From Verrucomicrobiota bacterium (GTDB lineage: Bacteria > Verrucomicrobiota > Verrucomicrobiia > Limisphaerales > Palsa-1400), in the NCBI GenBank assembly GCA_049510745.1, contig JBEKYR010000022.1:1-64000 (forward strand): a stretch of 64,000 bases of DNA, written 5' to 3'. The position numbers and the translations under genes are program-made. Positions 1-9,585 of this stretch are shown here, one piece after another. The stretch's first letter is position 1; the number at the start of each line of letters is the position of its first letter. Under the pieces are notes generated by a model, which saw nothing but the letters and a program-made list of their open reading frames with translations, did not search any database and was not told the DNA's origin.

Positions 1-1120
1 CCGGCACGCTGGAGGCGCAGAGCGGAACGCTGCAGTTAATCGGCGCTGCTTCTGGAACCGGCGCGGGTTTGTTCACGGCGGAGGCCGGGGCGACCCTGGC
101 TTTTGGCAACGGCTACACGGTCGGCAGCGGAGGCCAGATGACGGGAGCGGGCACCAATCTGTTGAACGGCGGCACGGTGACAGTGAACGGGACTGTGACC
201 GCGTCCAACCTGGTGCTGGCTGGGGCGGCGCTGGGGGGAACCAGCGGGGTTATCATGGGGGGAATGACTTGGACCAGTGGTTCCATTGCCAGCGGAAGCA
301 CGTTGACGCTGGCGACCAACGGGGTTTTGGCGCTGGCGGGCAACAATGGGAATAATTATGCCTGTTTGGGTATCTTGACCAACGCGGGAACCGTGCAACC
401 AACGCGGGAACCGTGCAGTTGCGCAGCGGGAATCTCCAGCTCTGGAGCGGCCAGTTGGTGAATTTGCCCGGCGCGTTGGTGGACCTGCAGGGCGACGTGT
501 CAATTCTCTGGGCTGCGGGCACCGAGGTGATTGTCAACGAAGGGACCGTGCGCAAGTCCGCCGGCACCGGTGTCAGCACCATCCAACCCATTTTCAACAA
601 CACCGGCACGCTGGATGCGCAGAGCGGAACGGTGGATTTGGCCGGGAGTCACAATTTGGCCAATGGCGCCCTGAACTTTGGGATCAGCAGCCTGACTACC
701 TTCGGAACGATCACTCTCTCCGGGAGCGCGGCGCTGACCGGGACCCTGAGCGCGAAGCTTAACAATGGATTCGTTCCAAGCATTGGCAATGCCTTTCAGA
801 TACTCACCTACGGCTCGTATTCGGGAAGTTTCACCAGCACGAACCTCCCACCGGGGGTCGTCTGGGAGGCCACCAATACCGCCACCGCCATGACCATCAC
901 GGTCCTGCAACTGACTCCGACGTTGCAATTCCACGCGCAAAGCAATCTGCTGGTGCTCTCCTGGACGACCAACGCCGTTGGTTTCTCTCTCCAAACGACG
1001 ACCAACCTTTCGAGTCCGTCCAGTTGGGTCCCGGTGTCCGGCGGCATCGTGATTGGCAATCAGATCGTCGTGACGAACATCATGTCCGGCCCCTCGGCAT
1101 TTTTCCGCCTGAAGCTATGA
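1..1120 (+). pseudogene. 3' part of a large Gly/Thr/Asn-rich secreted (autotransporter-passenger-like) protein with C-terminal ...FFRL domain, frameshifted by a 20-bp tandem duplication
   Basis: Frame 3 is open from the window start (GTLEAQSGTLQL...) to LTNAGTVQ and continues in ORF 413..1120 (VQLRSGNL...NTGTLDAQSGTV...SAFFRLKL). The frames are joined by a perfect repeat at 378-397/398-417. Could be an assembly artefact. Confidence 0.75.
378..417. repeat. Perfect 20-bp tandem duplication ACCAACGCGGGAACCGTGCA x2
   Basis: Read directly; 20 is not a multiple of 3. Confidence 0.95.
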
Positions 1121-1147
1121 CCTTATCCATGCCTTGAACTCTGAACT

Positions 1148-1286
1148 CCTGCGCCAGAGCCTCGGCGACGGCAGGTATCGCATTTTATTTCGCGCTCTTT
1201 CGGTTTTGGGGGATTCTGTCCGTTGCAAGTCGTTATCTCTGTGGTCTTTGCGCTCTCCCGTCCTCCATAGCTTCAGCGAAGGAGGA
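1148..1286. repeat. Two related short palindromic REP-like units (1148-1175, 1261-1286)
   Basis: CCTGC-gccagagcctcggcgacg-GCAGG and TCCTCC-atagcttcagcgaa-GGAGGA share the core CCA.AGC.TC.GCGA.GG and have self-complementary ends. Confidence 0.55.
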
Positions 1287-1456
1287 TGCGGCCAAATCCT
1301 CTTTTTTTGTAAGAATTTTCCTTCCATAGGTTTTTCCCGTTGACAGACCTGTGCTTAAATCGAGCCAGCATGAATTATACATGCAACAGGCAAAGTGCCG
1401 AGTGCGGCCCGGTCAACACCGGCCCGTGGATGGCAGACCTTTCCCATCGCATCAGC

Positions 1457-1492
1457 CATTCGTCGCATTGGTCCCATTGGTCCCATTGGCTC
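1457..1492. repeat. 9-bp tandem repeat (CATTGGTCC-like) x4
   Basis: cattcgtcg cattggtcc cattggtcc cattggctc. Confidence 0.75.
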
Positions 1493-1687
1493 CCCAATCA
1501 AGCCGGTCAAACCTTGGACGTTCGCCCTCACGTGCAACATTTGCCGTCATTGGCAGGTGACAGACTTGACGCAAAAACTCAATCCTGGACCGGTTCAAGT
1601 GCAGACCCGATCCGCCGCCAGCACCCGAAACGACCCCAAGAAGCGGCAAAAAATGCCGGATCCAACCCGGAAAACGAATTCAAGAAC

Positions 1688-1747
1688 CCGGACAAATCCG
1701 GAAAAATCCGGCCAAATCCGGGTAAATCCGGCCAAATCGGGCCAAAA
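1688..1747. repeat. 10-bp tandem repeat CCGGnnAAAT x6
   Basis: ccggacaaat ccggaaaaat ccggccaaat ccgggtaaat ccggccaaat cgggccaaaa. Confidence 0.9.
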
Positions 1748-1834
1748 ATTGAAATTCCACAAAATTCCCGGAATCGGCGAAAGCGACCGGTGACGAAAAA
1801 CCTCATGAATGCTACCACCGTCAGAGGGGTCGAG

Positions 1835-3685
1835 TCACTTTTTACCGTCGCTCGAACCAAAGACCTGAAACTCATAAAAACTTGCCCAAGAACCCTCCTC
1901 CAAACCGCCTATGACTATCCGCACATACCTTCCTTTGGCCGAAAAATCATCGGAACTTGTCTGGGCAGAGGTGGCATTGGCGGTCTTGTCAACCGCCACC
2001 GTCCAATTGGTCTGATCCGACGATACTTCAATCCTGTATTGGTAAAGGGCGCTATGCTCCCAAATGATTTGTGTGTTGGTGACGGTGGCTGTGCCTCCAA
2101 GGTCCACTTGCCACCATTGAGGGACATCTTCGCTGGAAGCGCACCAACGGGTCTCCATCTTCCCATCATTGCCGTCTTGAGCCGGGTGTCCGCTCTCCTC
2201 GCTGCTGGCCAGCGCCGCCTTGCCCAAGGCAATGTCACCGGCCGACACGGTTGCAGTTGCCGCGGAGCTGTTTGCGCCGGGATCGCTTTCCTCGAGCCGT
2301 TTTCCTTCGTGGCCGCCGCTCTCATGCCCCACCCAACGGGAGACCAGGTGGGAAACCTTGCCGGAGGCATCCTTCCAGAAAGTCACTTGGATATCCGGCA
2401 TCGCTTTCAAGAAGAAGTTCGTCTCCGACTCGGCAAGCATTTCGAACTTGGGCGCCCCGGTGGACTGCAGGAATAGTTGCTCCCCGCTCGCCGTTACGGC
2501 ACAAATGATCTCCGGCTTCTCCACCATTCTATACCGGCCAACGAAAGGCTCCAGTTGGCTGGCTTCCAGCTTGACCGCGGTCTTTTCTTTCGGCCGGCTC
2601 AACGGTTTATCCAGAAGCAAGCCCGCCAAATTGTTAGCCACTTCTCCCGCAACGGCCGAATCCGAATTGGCAAAGGCCGCCACGAAGACATCCGCGGAGG
2701 GAAGCCATCTCATCGCGGTGGCAAAGCCGTTGATCCCGCCGTCATGCCCGAGCACCTTCTGGCCAAAGCGTTCCGAGTGTTTTGCCTCGGAAACAATGAT
2801 CCCAAAACCGTAATCATTCTTCTCCGGCGTGGTCATGGCTTTCCACGACTCCGCCGAAACGAGCTTCTGCTCCCGCCAACACTGATACCAGCGGAAGAAA
2901 TCCTCGACGGTCGAATACAACGCCCCGGCTCCATGCGGAATGCTCATATCAACGTAAGCCGAATTGACCCAGGTGTCCCCGTCACGCCGCAACGTATAGC
3001 CCGTGGCTCGATGGGGCAGAATCGTCTCGAAATGGTCGTAACCGCTGTCCTTCATGCCGAGCGGCTTGAAAACGAACTGCTGGACGAATTGCTCGTAGCT
3101 CTGGCCCGAAGCCTTTTCCACGATGTAACCCAGCAGAACATAACCCGAATTGCTGTAAGCGAACCGCTCGCCCGGTTCGAATTCAAGGGGCTTGTCGCGA
3201 AAACGCTTTATCGTCTTTTCCGGCGGAGACGCCAGCATCTGCGTCGATTCATTGTCCGGAAAGCTGGTGAAGTTGGCAATGCCCGAAGTGTGGGTGAGCA
3301 GGTGCCGGACCTTGATTTTCGACCAGGCGCCCGGACAGTCCGGCACGAATTTGGAAATGGGGTCCTCCACGCTCAATTTGCCCTGTTCCTGGAGAATCAA
3401 GATGCACAAGGCGGTGAACTGCTTGGTGATGGAACCGAGCCGAAACTTGGTGTCCGGCGCGTTGGCAACCTCCAGTTCGCGGTTGGCCAAACCGTAACCC
3501 TTCATGAACACAATCTGGTTCGACCGGGCGACCATCACCGAGCCGGCAAACCTCCCCGAGTTCAACTCGGTTTTCAGGTAGTCATCCGCCTTTTGAGGAA
3601 AATCCGGCGACGACGACGGTTCGGTGGTTGGAGCCGCGGCGGCGAATCGCGCCGTCAACAATAAGAGGAGGGTCAATAATCGCAT
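1835..3685 (-). CDS. Secreted serine hydrolase (AmpC/beta-lactamase-related) with DUF3471-like and C-terminal F5/8 type C (discoidin) domains
   Basis: Signal peptide MRLLTLLLLLTARFAAAA; SxxK (GSITKQF), YSN, HDGGINGF; C-terminal ALGKAALASS...TRW...WWQVDLG...RYVRI. Confidence 0.88.
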   Translation of the reverse strand: MRLLTLLLLLTARFAAAAPTTEPSSSPDFPQKADDYLKTELNSGRFAGSVMVARSNQIVFMKGYGLANRELEVANAPDTKFRLGSITKQFTALCILILQEQGKLSVEDPISKFVPDCPGAWSKIKVRHLLTHTSGIANFTSFPDNESTQMLASPPEKTIKRFRDKPLEFEPGERFAYSNSGYVLLGYIVEKASGQSYEQFVQQFVFKPLGMKDSGYDHFETILPHRATGYTLRRDGDTWVNSAYVDMSIPHGAGALYSTVEDFFRWYQCWREQKLVSAESWKAMTTPEKNDYGFGIIVSEAKHSERFGQKVLGHDGGINGFATAMRWLPSADVFVAAFANSDSAVAGEVANNLAGLLLDKPLSRPKEKTAVKLEASQLEPFVGRYRMVEKPEIICAVTASGEQLFLQSTGAPKFEMLAESETNFFLKAMPDIQVTFWKDASGKVSHLVSRWVGHESGGHEGKRLEESDPGANSSAATATVSAGDIALGKAALASSEESGHPAQDGNDGKMETRWCASSEDVPQWWQVDLGGTATVTNTQIIWEHSALYQYRIEVSSDQTNWTVAVDKTANATSAQTSSDDFSAKGRYVRIVIGGLEEGSWASFYEFQVFGSSDGKK

Positions 3686-3713
3686 GGTATGGTGTGAAAT
3701 GGCTGTTTGGGGT

Positions 3714-5417
3714 TCAACGGTGGCGATTCCAGGCCAGCGCCAACGGGGCGATGGCCAGATCCGCCAGCGGAAGAATGAGGAATCCACCGAGCGCGGTCCA
3801 AATCCACAGGTCTGGTCTGTTGATCGTGTGACAAACATGGCCCGCATAGCCGGCCACGAAAAGGCCGCACACCAGCCAGCCGCCAACAATCCAACCGACC
3901 GCGCGGGCCGTGATGGCATTCCGACGCAACCCCAAAACAAAAGCGGTTGTCGAGACGGCAATCTTCGCCGCCAAACTCACAATCAGAATTCCTGGCAGCC
4001 AGGGCAGCAGTGCCGCCCTGAAATTTACGTTGGTCCAGGCGGCCCACGCCAGCGCGCCCAGCCCCTCAAGGAGAAACAGCCTCCAGATGCTGGACGCCAC
4101 GCCAACCCAGGAGCGCCCGGTCAAGCCCGCCCCGATCCCAGCCACCAGATTTGTCCAGGTCCAAATGAACAGCAGCAGCAACACCGGCACGCATCCGGTC
4201 ATGAATGCCACAGTCCCATACGGCGTGACCCATCCGGCCTTTGAAACCAGGATTCCCTTTCCCATGAGCGCCAGCATGAGACAAGCGGCCACTGTGACCA
4301 GCCAGGTCAGGGCGCTCGTCGCCAAAGCCATCGCCAGCTTGGCCATCACAAAACCGCCATTGGTCATGGGACGAACGGCGACGTAAACCGGCAGTTCAGC
4401 GCTGGCATGGAGGCGATCGAACTTTGCCAGCGCGGGAGACACCAGCACGGAAAGCATCAGAGGCACGATCAAGAGGGGAAGGATAAACATGCTCAGAACC
4501 ATCACCATTTCGGCATCACCGCCCTGCGGGGTTTCTCCCGAAATTTTGCGGACCACGAGAATCGCAAGCTCGAAAAGCCCGGCAATCAAAAATGCCATCC
4601 CGCCCGAGATGCCGGGAAGCAGCCATCCCTGCCTGCGCCATTCCAGCCAGAATTGCGCCCCGAACGCGGAACCAAATTTCCCGCGCCGCCCCGGCGCCCT
4701 TGCCAGGCGCAGGCGGCTCCAGACCATCGAAATCCGGGATGGGCCTTCCCATCTTCCCTGTCGCATCAGTTTCAGCCCGATCCACGCAGCCGGCACGGCG
4801 GACACGAGCAAGGCAGCCAGAATGGGCCACTGCCAACCGGACAAGGCATTGGCCCGCATCTGCGGCATGCGCCAGACGAAAAAATGAAACATGCCCATTA
4901 TGACCAATGCCAGCATTCTGCCCTTCGGCAACGGCAGACTCCAGGCAAGAGCCTGTATCCACCAAAAAAAAGACAGCAACACGGCGCCGGTCCAAAGCAG
5001 ATCGGAGGCGGAGAAGCCCACCACGTGCCGCCACACCAATTCGGCCCAGAGCGCAAAGAGGGTCACGATGACCGCACCGCCAATGAGCATCGGAACCAGG
5101 ACGAGCCGCGACGTGCCGACCGGTTTTAACAGGAGCCGTCCGGGAAAGCTGAACTGCACGGACCATTGATCAACCTCGAAGCAGCCCAGGCAAATCAGCG
5201 ATTGACCAAAAGCTCCCAGAAAGCAGAAGAACGCGGCGCAGCCCAACATTTCCCCCAATGCCGGGGACGCCCAATGATCTTTCCAGAGGACAAAGAGCCA
5301 GCTTGCCGCCAGCGCGGCTCCGTCCCATAAAAATTTCACTTTGTGCCTGCCCCAGATTTCCCAGAGCATCGCGCCGGTTGGCGTTCGCCACGCAAGTCTG
5401 CCCACACCCATAATCAA
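3714..5417 (-). CDS. Multi-pass membrane protein, probable ABC-2-type permease
   Basis: About 12 hydrophobic segments; overlaps the ABC ATPase stop by 4 bp. Confidence 0.75.
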   Translation of the reverse strand: MIMGVGRLAWRTPTGAMLWEIWGRHKVKFLWDGAALAASWLFVLWKDHWASPALGEMLGCAAFFCFLGAFGQSLICLGCFEVDQWSVQFSFPGRLLLKPVGTSRLVLVPMLIGGAVIVTLFALWAELVWRHVVGFSASDLLWTGAVLLSFFWWIQALAWSLPLPKGRMLALVIMGMFHFFVWRMPQMRANALSGWQWPILAALLVSAVPAAWIGLKLMRQGRWEGPSRISMVWSRLRLARAPGRRGKFGSAFGAQFWLEWRRQGWLLPGISGGMAFLIAGLFELAILVVRKISGETPQGGDAEMVMVLSMFILPLLIVPLMLSVLVSPALAKFDRLHASAELPVYVAVRPMTNGGFVMAKLAMALATSALTWLVTVAACLMLALMGKGILVSKAGWVTPYGTVAFMTGCVPVLLLLFIWTWTNLVAGIGAGLTGRSWVGVASSIWRLFLLEGLGALAWAAWTNVNFRAALLPWLPGILIVSLAAKIAVSTTAFVLGLRRNAITARAVGWIVGGWLVCGLFVAGYAGHVCHTINRPDLWIWTALGGFLILPLADLAIAPLALAWNRHR

Positions 5418-6325
5418 CTTCCCTTTCCACCGGCTCGCGCCACCAGGATTTCATCCAGCGTGGGCGTTCGTTCCTCGACCACGCGGGCGCCAATCAAGGC
5501 GGCAGCCGTTTCCAGTTCGAGACGCGAGCCGCCAAACAACACCCGCCATTCGGAGCCGTATCCCGCGACCGCATGCGCCCCGGCCAGAACCGGCGCCGTC
5601 GCCGGCGGTTCCGCAAAGGCCAGCACCGCCAGAATATGACCGCGCCGCACCTCCTCGGTCCGTCCGTTCAACACCACGCGTCCACGCTGGAGCATGACGA
5701 CGTCATCAGCGACACGTTCGACTTCGTCGAGCAGATGGGACGAGAACAGAACGGTTCGCCCCTCCTCGGCCACGATGCGAATGATCGCCTCCAGAATGTC
5801 CCGGCGCACCACGGGGTCCAAACCGGAACTGGGTTCGTCCAGAATCAACAACTCCGGCCGATACGCCAGAGCCGTCAGCAAGCCGGTCTTTGCCTGCTGC
5901 CCTTGCGACAGGGTCTTGATCCTTTGTGCCGGGTCCAATTGGAACTGTTCCAAAAGCTGCGCGGCGTATTGTTCATCCCATCCCGGATAAAATGCCTGGG
6001 TGTAGCGCATGAACTCGTCCACTCGCATCCAGCCGGGCAGGTCGCGCTGCTCCGATAAATAACCCACCCGGCCCAGCACGCCCACGGGGTCCAGCACCGG
6101 ATCGAGGCCAAAAACCCGCACGCTGCCCGTCTGGGCTTTGAGGGAGCCGAGCAGATGTTTGATCAGGGTGGTCTTGCCAGCCCCATTTTCGCCCACCAAC
6201 CCCAGCACGCTGCCGCGGGCGACGAAGACCGACACATCGTCCAGCGCCGCCTTGGGCCCGAAATGACGCGACAGACCGCTGACGGCGATGACGGCCTCGG
6301 CCGATGAGGGAGAGGGAAATTTCAT
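5414..6325 (-). CDS. ABC transporter ATP-binding protein (YtrB-like)
   Basis: GENGAGKTT, LSQGQ, LILDEP, SSH motifs. Confidence 0.93.
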   Translation of the reverse strand: MKFPSPSSAEAVIAVSGLSRHFGPKAALDDVSVFVARGSVLGLVGENGAGKTTLIKHLLGSLKAQTGSVRVFGLDPVLDPVGVLGRVGYLSEQRDLPGWMRVDEFMRYTQAFYPGWDEQYAAQLLEQFQLDPAQRIKTLSQGQQAKTGLLTALAYRPELLILDEPSSGLDPVVRRDILEAIIRIVAEEGRTVLFSSHLLDEVERVADDVVMLQRGRVVLNGRTEEVRRGHILAVLAFAEPPATAPVLAGAHAVAGYGSEWRVLFGGSRLELETAAALIGARVVEERTPTLDEILVARAGGKGS

Positions 6326-6714
6326 TTGGATGATTCCGGTTGCATGGTGGCATCCCGCTCGCGCAGGAGCATGATAACGTCCTCCAACCCAATGTTCAGG
6401 TGCCGCGCATTGGTCAGCAAGACATCGGCGGGTTCGGCCAGAATCCGGAGTTTTTCACGCCGGGGCAGGAGCGTCTTCACCTGGGCCACCGTGGTGCCGA
6501 AACCCTGCCGCATGGTAACGATCCCTTCCCGTTCGAGTTCGAGATAGGCGCGCGCCACGGTGTTGGGATTGATCCGCAATTGTTCGGCCAGCAGGCGGAT
6601 CGGGGGGACATCATCGCCGGGCTTCAAGCGGCCGGCGGCCACCAGGTACTTGACCTGAGCGACGATCTGTTGGTAGATCGGCGTGCCGTCCTGCACTGAG
6701 ATTCGGAGTTGCAT
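6322..6714 (-). CDS. GntR family regulator, YtrA subfamily
   Basis: PIYQQI...LKPGDDVPPIRLLA...NPNTVARAYLELE; short C-terminus; first gene of an ABC operon. Confidence 0.92.
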   Translation of the reverse strand: MQLRISVQDGTPIYQQIVAQVKYLVAAGRLKPGDDVPPIRLLAEQLRINPNTVARAYLELEREGIVTMRQGFGTTVAQVKTLLPRREKLRILAEPADVLLTNARHLNIGLEDVIMLLRERDATMQPESSK

Positions 6715-6755
6715 CGCACTTGAACCGTCGGGCCGCCCAAACCGGGGCCGTCCGG

Positions 6756-6796
6756 TTAATGTATCAATAGTCTAATACATTAATATAAACAGTCAA
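6756..6796 (-). promoter_or_regulatory. Sigma70-type promoter (TTGACT-N16-TAGACT) overlapped by a YtrA-type operator TTAATGTAT-N10-ATACATTAA
   Basis: Perfect 9-bp inverted repeat 6756-6764/6775-6783; -35 at 6796-6791 and -10 at 6774-6769 on the minus strand. Confidence 0.75.
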
Positions 6797-6938
6797 GCCC
6801 GATCTTTTGTCTGTTTTTTGTCGATGCGGATCGGGGGCGCGTTTCACTTTTTGGGTGGCGGTTCTTGATTCGTTCTTAATCTTAATGATTAAGAGGAGCT
6901 ACCCAAAAAATTGGTTTGCGGCGAACTACAGGCGTTTT

Positions 6939-7244
6939 TTATTCGAGATGTTTGTGGACCAAGGCGCACAGCTTCAGGGCCAACGGATCTTTCATGCCGT
7001 AAATGACATGCTGGCCCTGCTTTTGGCGCGCCAGGATGCCGGCGCCGGCGAGCAGGAGCAGATGCTTGGAAACATTGGCCTGAGTCGCGCCGACCGCGGC
7101 CACAATCTCGTTGACGGTGCGCGGCTTGCGGCAGACGGCCTGCAAAATCCTCAGGCGCATCGGTTCGCCCAGCAGGCGGAAGCGGAGGGCAACCTCCTCC
7201 AACTGGACCTCGGACAGCAAGCGGCTGGTTTTTCTGGTTGACAT
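6939..7244 (-). CDS. ArsR/SmtB family repressor (BigR/SqrR-like candidate)
   Basis: LGEPMRLRIL...QANVSKHL HTH; two Cys (ILQAVC, LKLC); divergent from sulfurtransferase genes. Confidence 0.9.
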   Translation of the reverse strand: MSTRKTSRLLSEVQLEEVALRFRLLGEPMRLRILQAVCRKPRTVNEIVAAVGATQANVSKHLLLLAGAGILARQKQGQHVIYGMKDPLALKLCALVHKHLE

Positions 7245-7249
7245 ATTCT

Positions 7250-7279
7250 TATATAGTTATATATTCATATAATGAATAT
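7250..7279. promoter_or_regulatory. AT-rich palindromic ArsR operator region between divergent genes
   Basis: Imperfect palindrome TATATAGTTATATATTCATATA (7250-7271) and perfect ATATTCAT-ata-ATGAATAT (7261-7279). Confidence 0.65.
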
Positions 7280-7865
7280 GAGCCATTTGCAAGCCAAAAG
7301 TTCCATTGGACCGCTCGAACTCCAGCGCCGCCTGGCGGCGGGCGGTCCCGCCCAACTGCTCGATGTCCGCACCCCGGGCGAGTTCGCCGCCGCCCACGTG
7401 CCGGGCGCGAAGCTCATTCCCCTCGACGACCTTGATCCGGCCGCCTTTCGACGGGAGCGCGGGGCGGAGGAAACTCCGCTCTATGTGCTCTGCGAGTCCG
7501 GAGGACGCGCCCGCCAGGCGATTGAAAGGCTCGAACGGGCCGGGATTCGCGGCTGCGTGCTGGTCGAAGGAGGCACCCAGGGCTGGATGGACGCGGGGCT
7601 GCCGGTCGATCGCGGCCGGAGCAAAGTTTTGCCGCTGATGCGCCAGGTGCAAATCACCGTCGGCCTCATTTCGGCCGCGGGTGCGGTCCTTGCGCTGGCC
7701 GTCAACCCGCTCTTTGCCAGTATCCCGCTCGTCACCGGCTGCGGTCTGGTGTTTGCCGGGATCACGGGCACCTGCGGCATGGCGCTGCTGCTGGCGAAAA
7801 TGCCGTGGAATCGTGCCCGAAGCTGCGGTTCTTGTTGCGCGGCAAACGCGGAGTCCCAATCATGA
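7272..7865 (+). CDS. Rhodanese domain plus DUF2892 membrane domain (YgaP-like sulfurtransferase)
   Basis: LLDVRTPGEF...HVPGA, YVLCESGGRA, RQVQITVG...GITGTCGM...MPWN. Start could be 7278. Confidence 0.9.
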   Translation: MNMSHLQAKSSIGPLELQRRLAAGGPAQLLDVRTPGEFAAAHVPGAKLIPLDDLDPAAFRRERGAEETPLYVLCESGGRARQAIERLERAGIRGCVLVEGGTQGWMDAGLPVDRGRSKVLPLMRQVQITVGLISAAGAVLALAVNPLFASIPLVTGCGLVFAGITGTCGMALLLAKMPWNRARSCGSCCAANAESQS

Positions 7866-9517
7866 AAAATCCTCACCGCATCGTGATTGTCGGGGGCGTG
7901 GCCGGAGGCGCTTCCGCCGCCGCCAAGGCGCGCCGGGTTGATGAAAATGCCGACATCCAGATCTTCGAGCGCGGCCCCTACATTTCCTTCGCCAACTGCG
8001 GCCTGCCGTATTTCATCGCCGGCGAAATTGACGACCGCTCCAAATTGATCGTCATGACACCGGAAAAATTCTGGGAGCGCTCGCGTGTTCGCGCCCACGT
8101 CAACCACGAAGTTCTTTCGATCAATCGAGCCGCCAAAACCATCTGTGTCAAAGAACCGGATGGCAGGCAGCGCGACGTGCCTTACGACAAACTCGTGCTG
8201 AGCCAGGGCGCGAAGGCCATCGTGCCGCCCATTCCCGGCGCGGACCTGCCGCATGTCTTCACCCTGCGCGACATCCCGGACATGGACCGCATCGCCGCCT
8301 TCCTGAACGAACGGCAGCCGCGTCATGCGGTCGTCATCGGCGGCGGATTCATCGGGCTGGAAATGGCGGAGGCCTTTCACCATCGCGGCCTTCACGTCAC
8401 CATTGTTGAGCGCAATCCGCACATTTTGCCGTTGCTGGACCGCGACATGGCGGTTCATTTGCAGAATCAAATCCGGCGCGACGATTTCGACTTCAAAAGC
8501 GGGGCCGAAGCGGCGCGGTTCACCGCCGGCGGCGTGGAGTTCGCCGATGGCAGCCGGTTGCCGGCAGATTTGATCCTGATGAGCGTGGGGGTGAAGGCGG
8601 AAGTGGAATTGGCGCGGGCGGCGGGCTTGGAGATAGGGGAAACCGGCGGAGTCAAGACCAATGGCCGTCTGGAGTCGTCCGACCCGAGCATTTACGCGGT
8701 GGGCGACGCGGCGGAGACGATGCATGCCTTGACTGGCGCGCGGGCGCGCATCGCGCTGGCCGGCCCGGCCAACCGCCAGGGACGCATCGCCGGCGCCAAC
8801 GCGGCGGGCGCGCGATTGATCTATCCCGGAGCGTTGGGCACCTCAATCGTGAGGGTTCTCAACATGACCGCCGGATTCACCGGGCTCAACAGCGCCCAGG
8901 CGAGAAAGGCGGGTTTCACCTTCTTCACCAGCCTGACGCGCGACCCCTGTCACGCGCACTATTATCCTGGCGCGAAACCGGTGCTGATCAAACTCGTCGC
9001 GGAGGAAGGCACCGGCCGCCTGCTCGGAGCCCAGATCCTGGGTGAAAGCGGCATTGACAAACGCGTGGATGTTTTGGCCACAGCCATCACCGGGAAAATG
9101 AGCGTGTTCGATCTGGAAAGTCTTGACCTTGCCTATTCTCCTCCGTTCGGTTCCGCCAACGATCCTGTGAACACGGCGGGATTTGTGGCCGGCCATATCG
9201 CGCGGGGCGACCTTGCGACCGTTGCGCCGGAGACTTGGCAACCCGATGGTGAATACTTGCTGGACGTGCGCGACGCCGATGAAGTGGAGAAATTCGGCAA
9301 GCTTAAAAACGCGGTAAACATCCCTCTGGCCCAACTGCGCGACCGTTTGGCGGAATTGCCGTGCGACCGGCGGATCGTGACGTATTGCCAGAAAGGGCAG
9401 CGCGGTTATCTGGCCGCGTGCGCTCTCCACGGGCGCGGCTTTGAAGACGTGGCCAATTTGCGCGGGGGCTTTCTTCAGACCAAACTACTCGACGAGACGC
9501 GCACAGAACATAAATAG
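7862..9517 (+). CDS. CoA-disulfide/persulfide reductase with C-terminal rhodanese domain (CoADR-RHD)
   Basis: GGVAGG, SFANCGLPY, GGGFIGLE, LAYSPPF, C-terminal YCQKGQRG; ATGA coupling to the upstream gene. Confidence 0.92.
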   Translation: MKNPHRIVIVGGVAGGASAAAKARRVDENADIQIFERGPYISFANCGLPYFIAGEIDDRSKLIVMTPEKFWERSRVRAHVNHEVLSINRAAKTICVKEPDGRQRDVPYDKLVLSQGAKAIVPPIPGADLPHVFTLRDIPDMDRIAAFLNERQPRHAVVIGGGFIGLEMAEAFHHRGLHVTIVERNPHILPLLDRDMAVHLQNQIRRDDFDFKSGAEAARFTAGGVEFADGSRLPADLILMSVGVKAEVELARAAGLEIGETGGVKTNGRLESSDPSIYAVGDAAETMHALTGARARIALAGPANRQGRIAGANAAGARLIYPGALGTSIVRVLNMTAGFTGLNSAQARKAGFTFFTSLTRDPCHAHYYPGAKPVLIKLVAEEGTGRLLGAQILGESGIDKRVDVLATAITGKMSVFDLESLDLAYSPPFGSANDPVNTAGFVAGHIARGDLATVAPETWQPDGEYLLDVRDADEVEKFGKLKNAVNIPLAQLRDRLAELPCDRRIVTYCQKGQRGYLAACALHGRGFEDVANLRGGFLQTKLLDETRTEHK

Positions 9518-9585
9518 GGATCGAATTTGAGAGGATGGATGCGCCCTTGAAATTCGCCCGCGCTTGCGTGAGGCTGGAGGGGTTG

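Noticed and set aside
1340..2476. 378-aa and 132-aa plus-strand ORFs
   Set aside because: Built from repeats and antisense overlap with the serine hydrolase; no recognisable domain.
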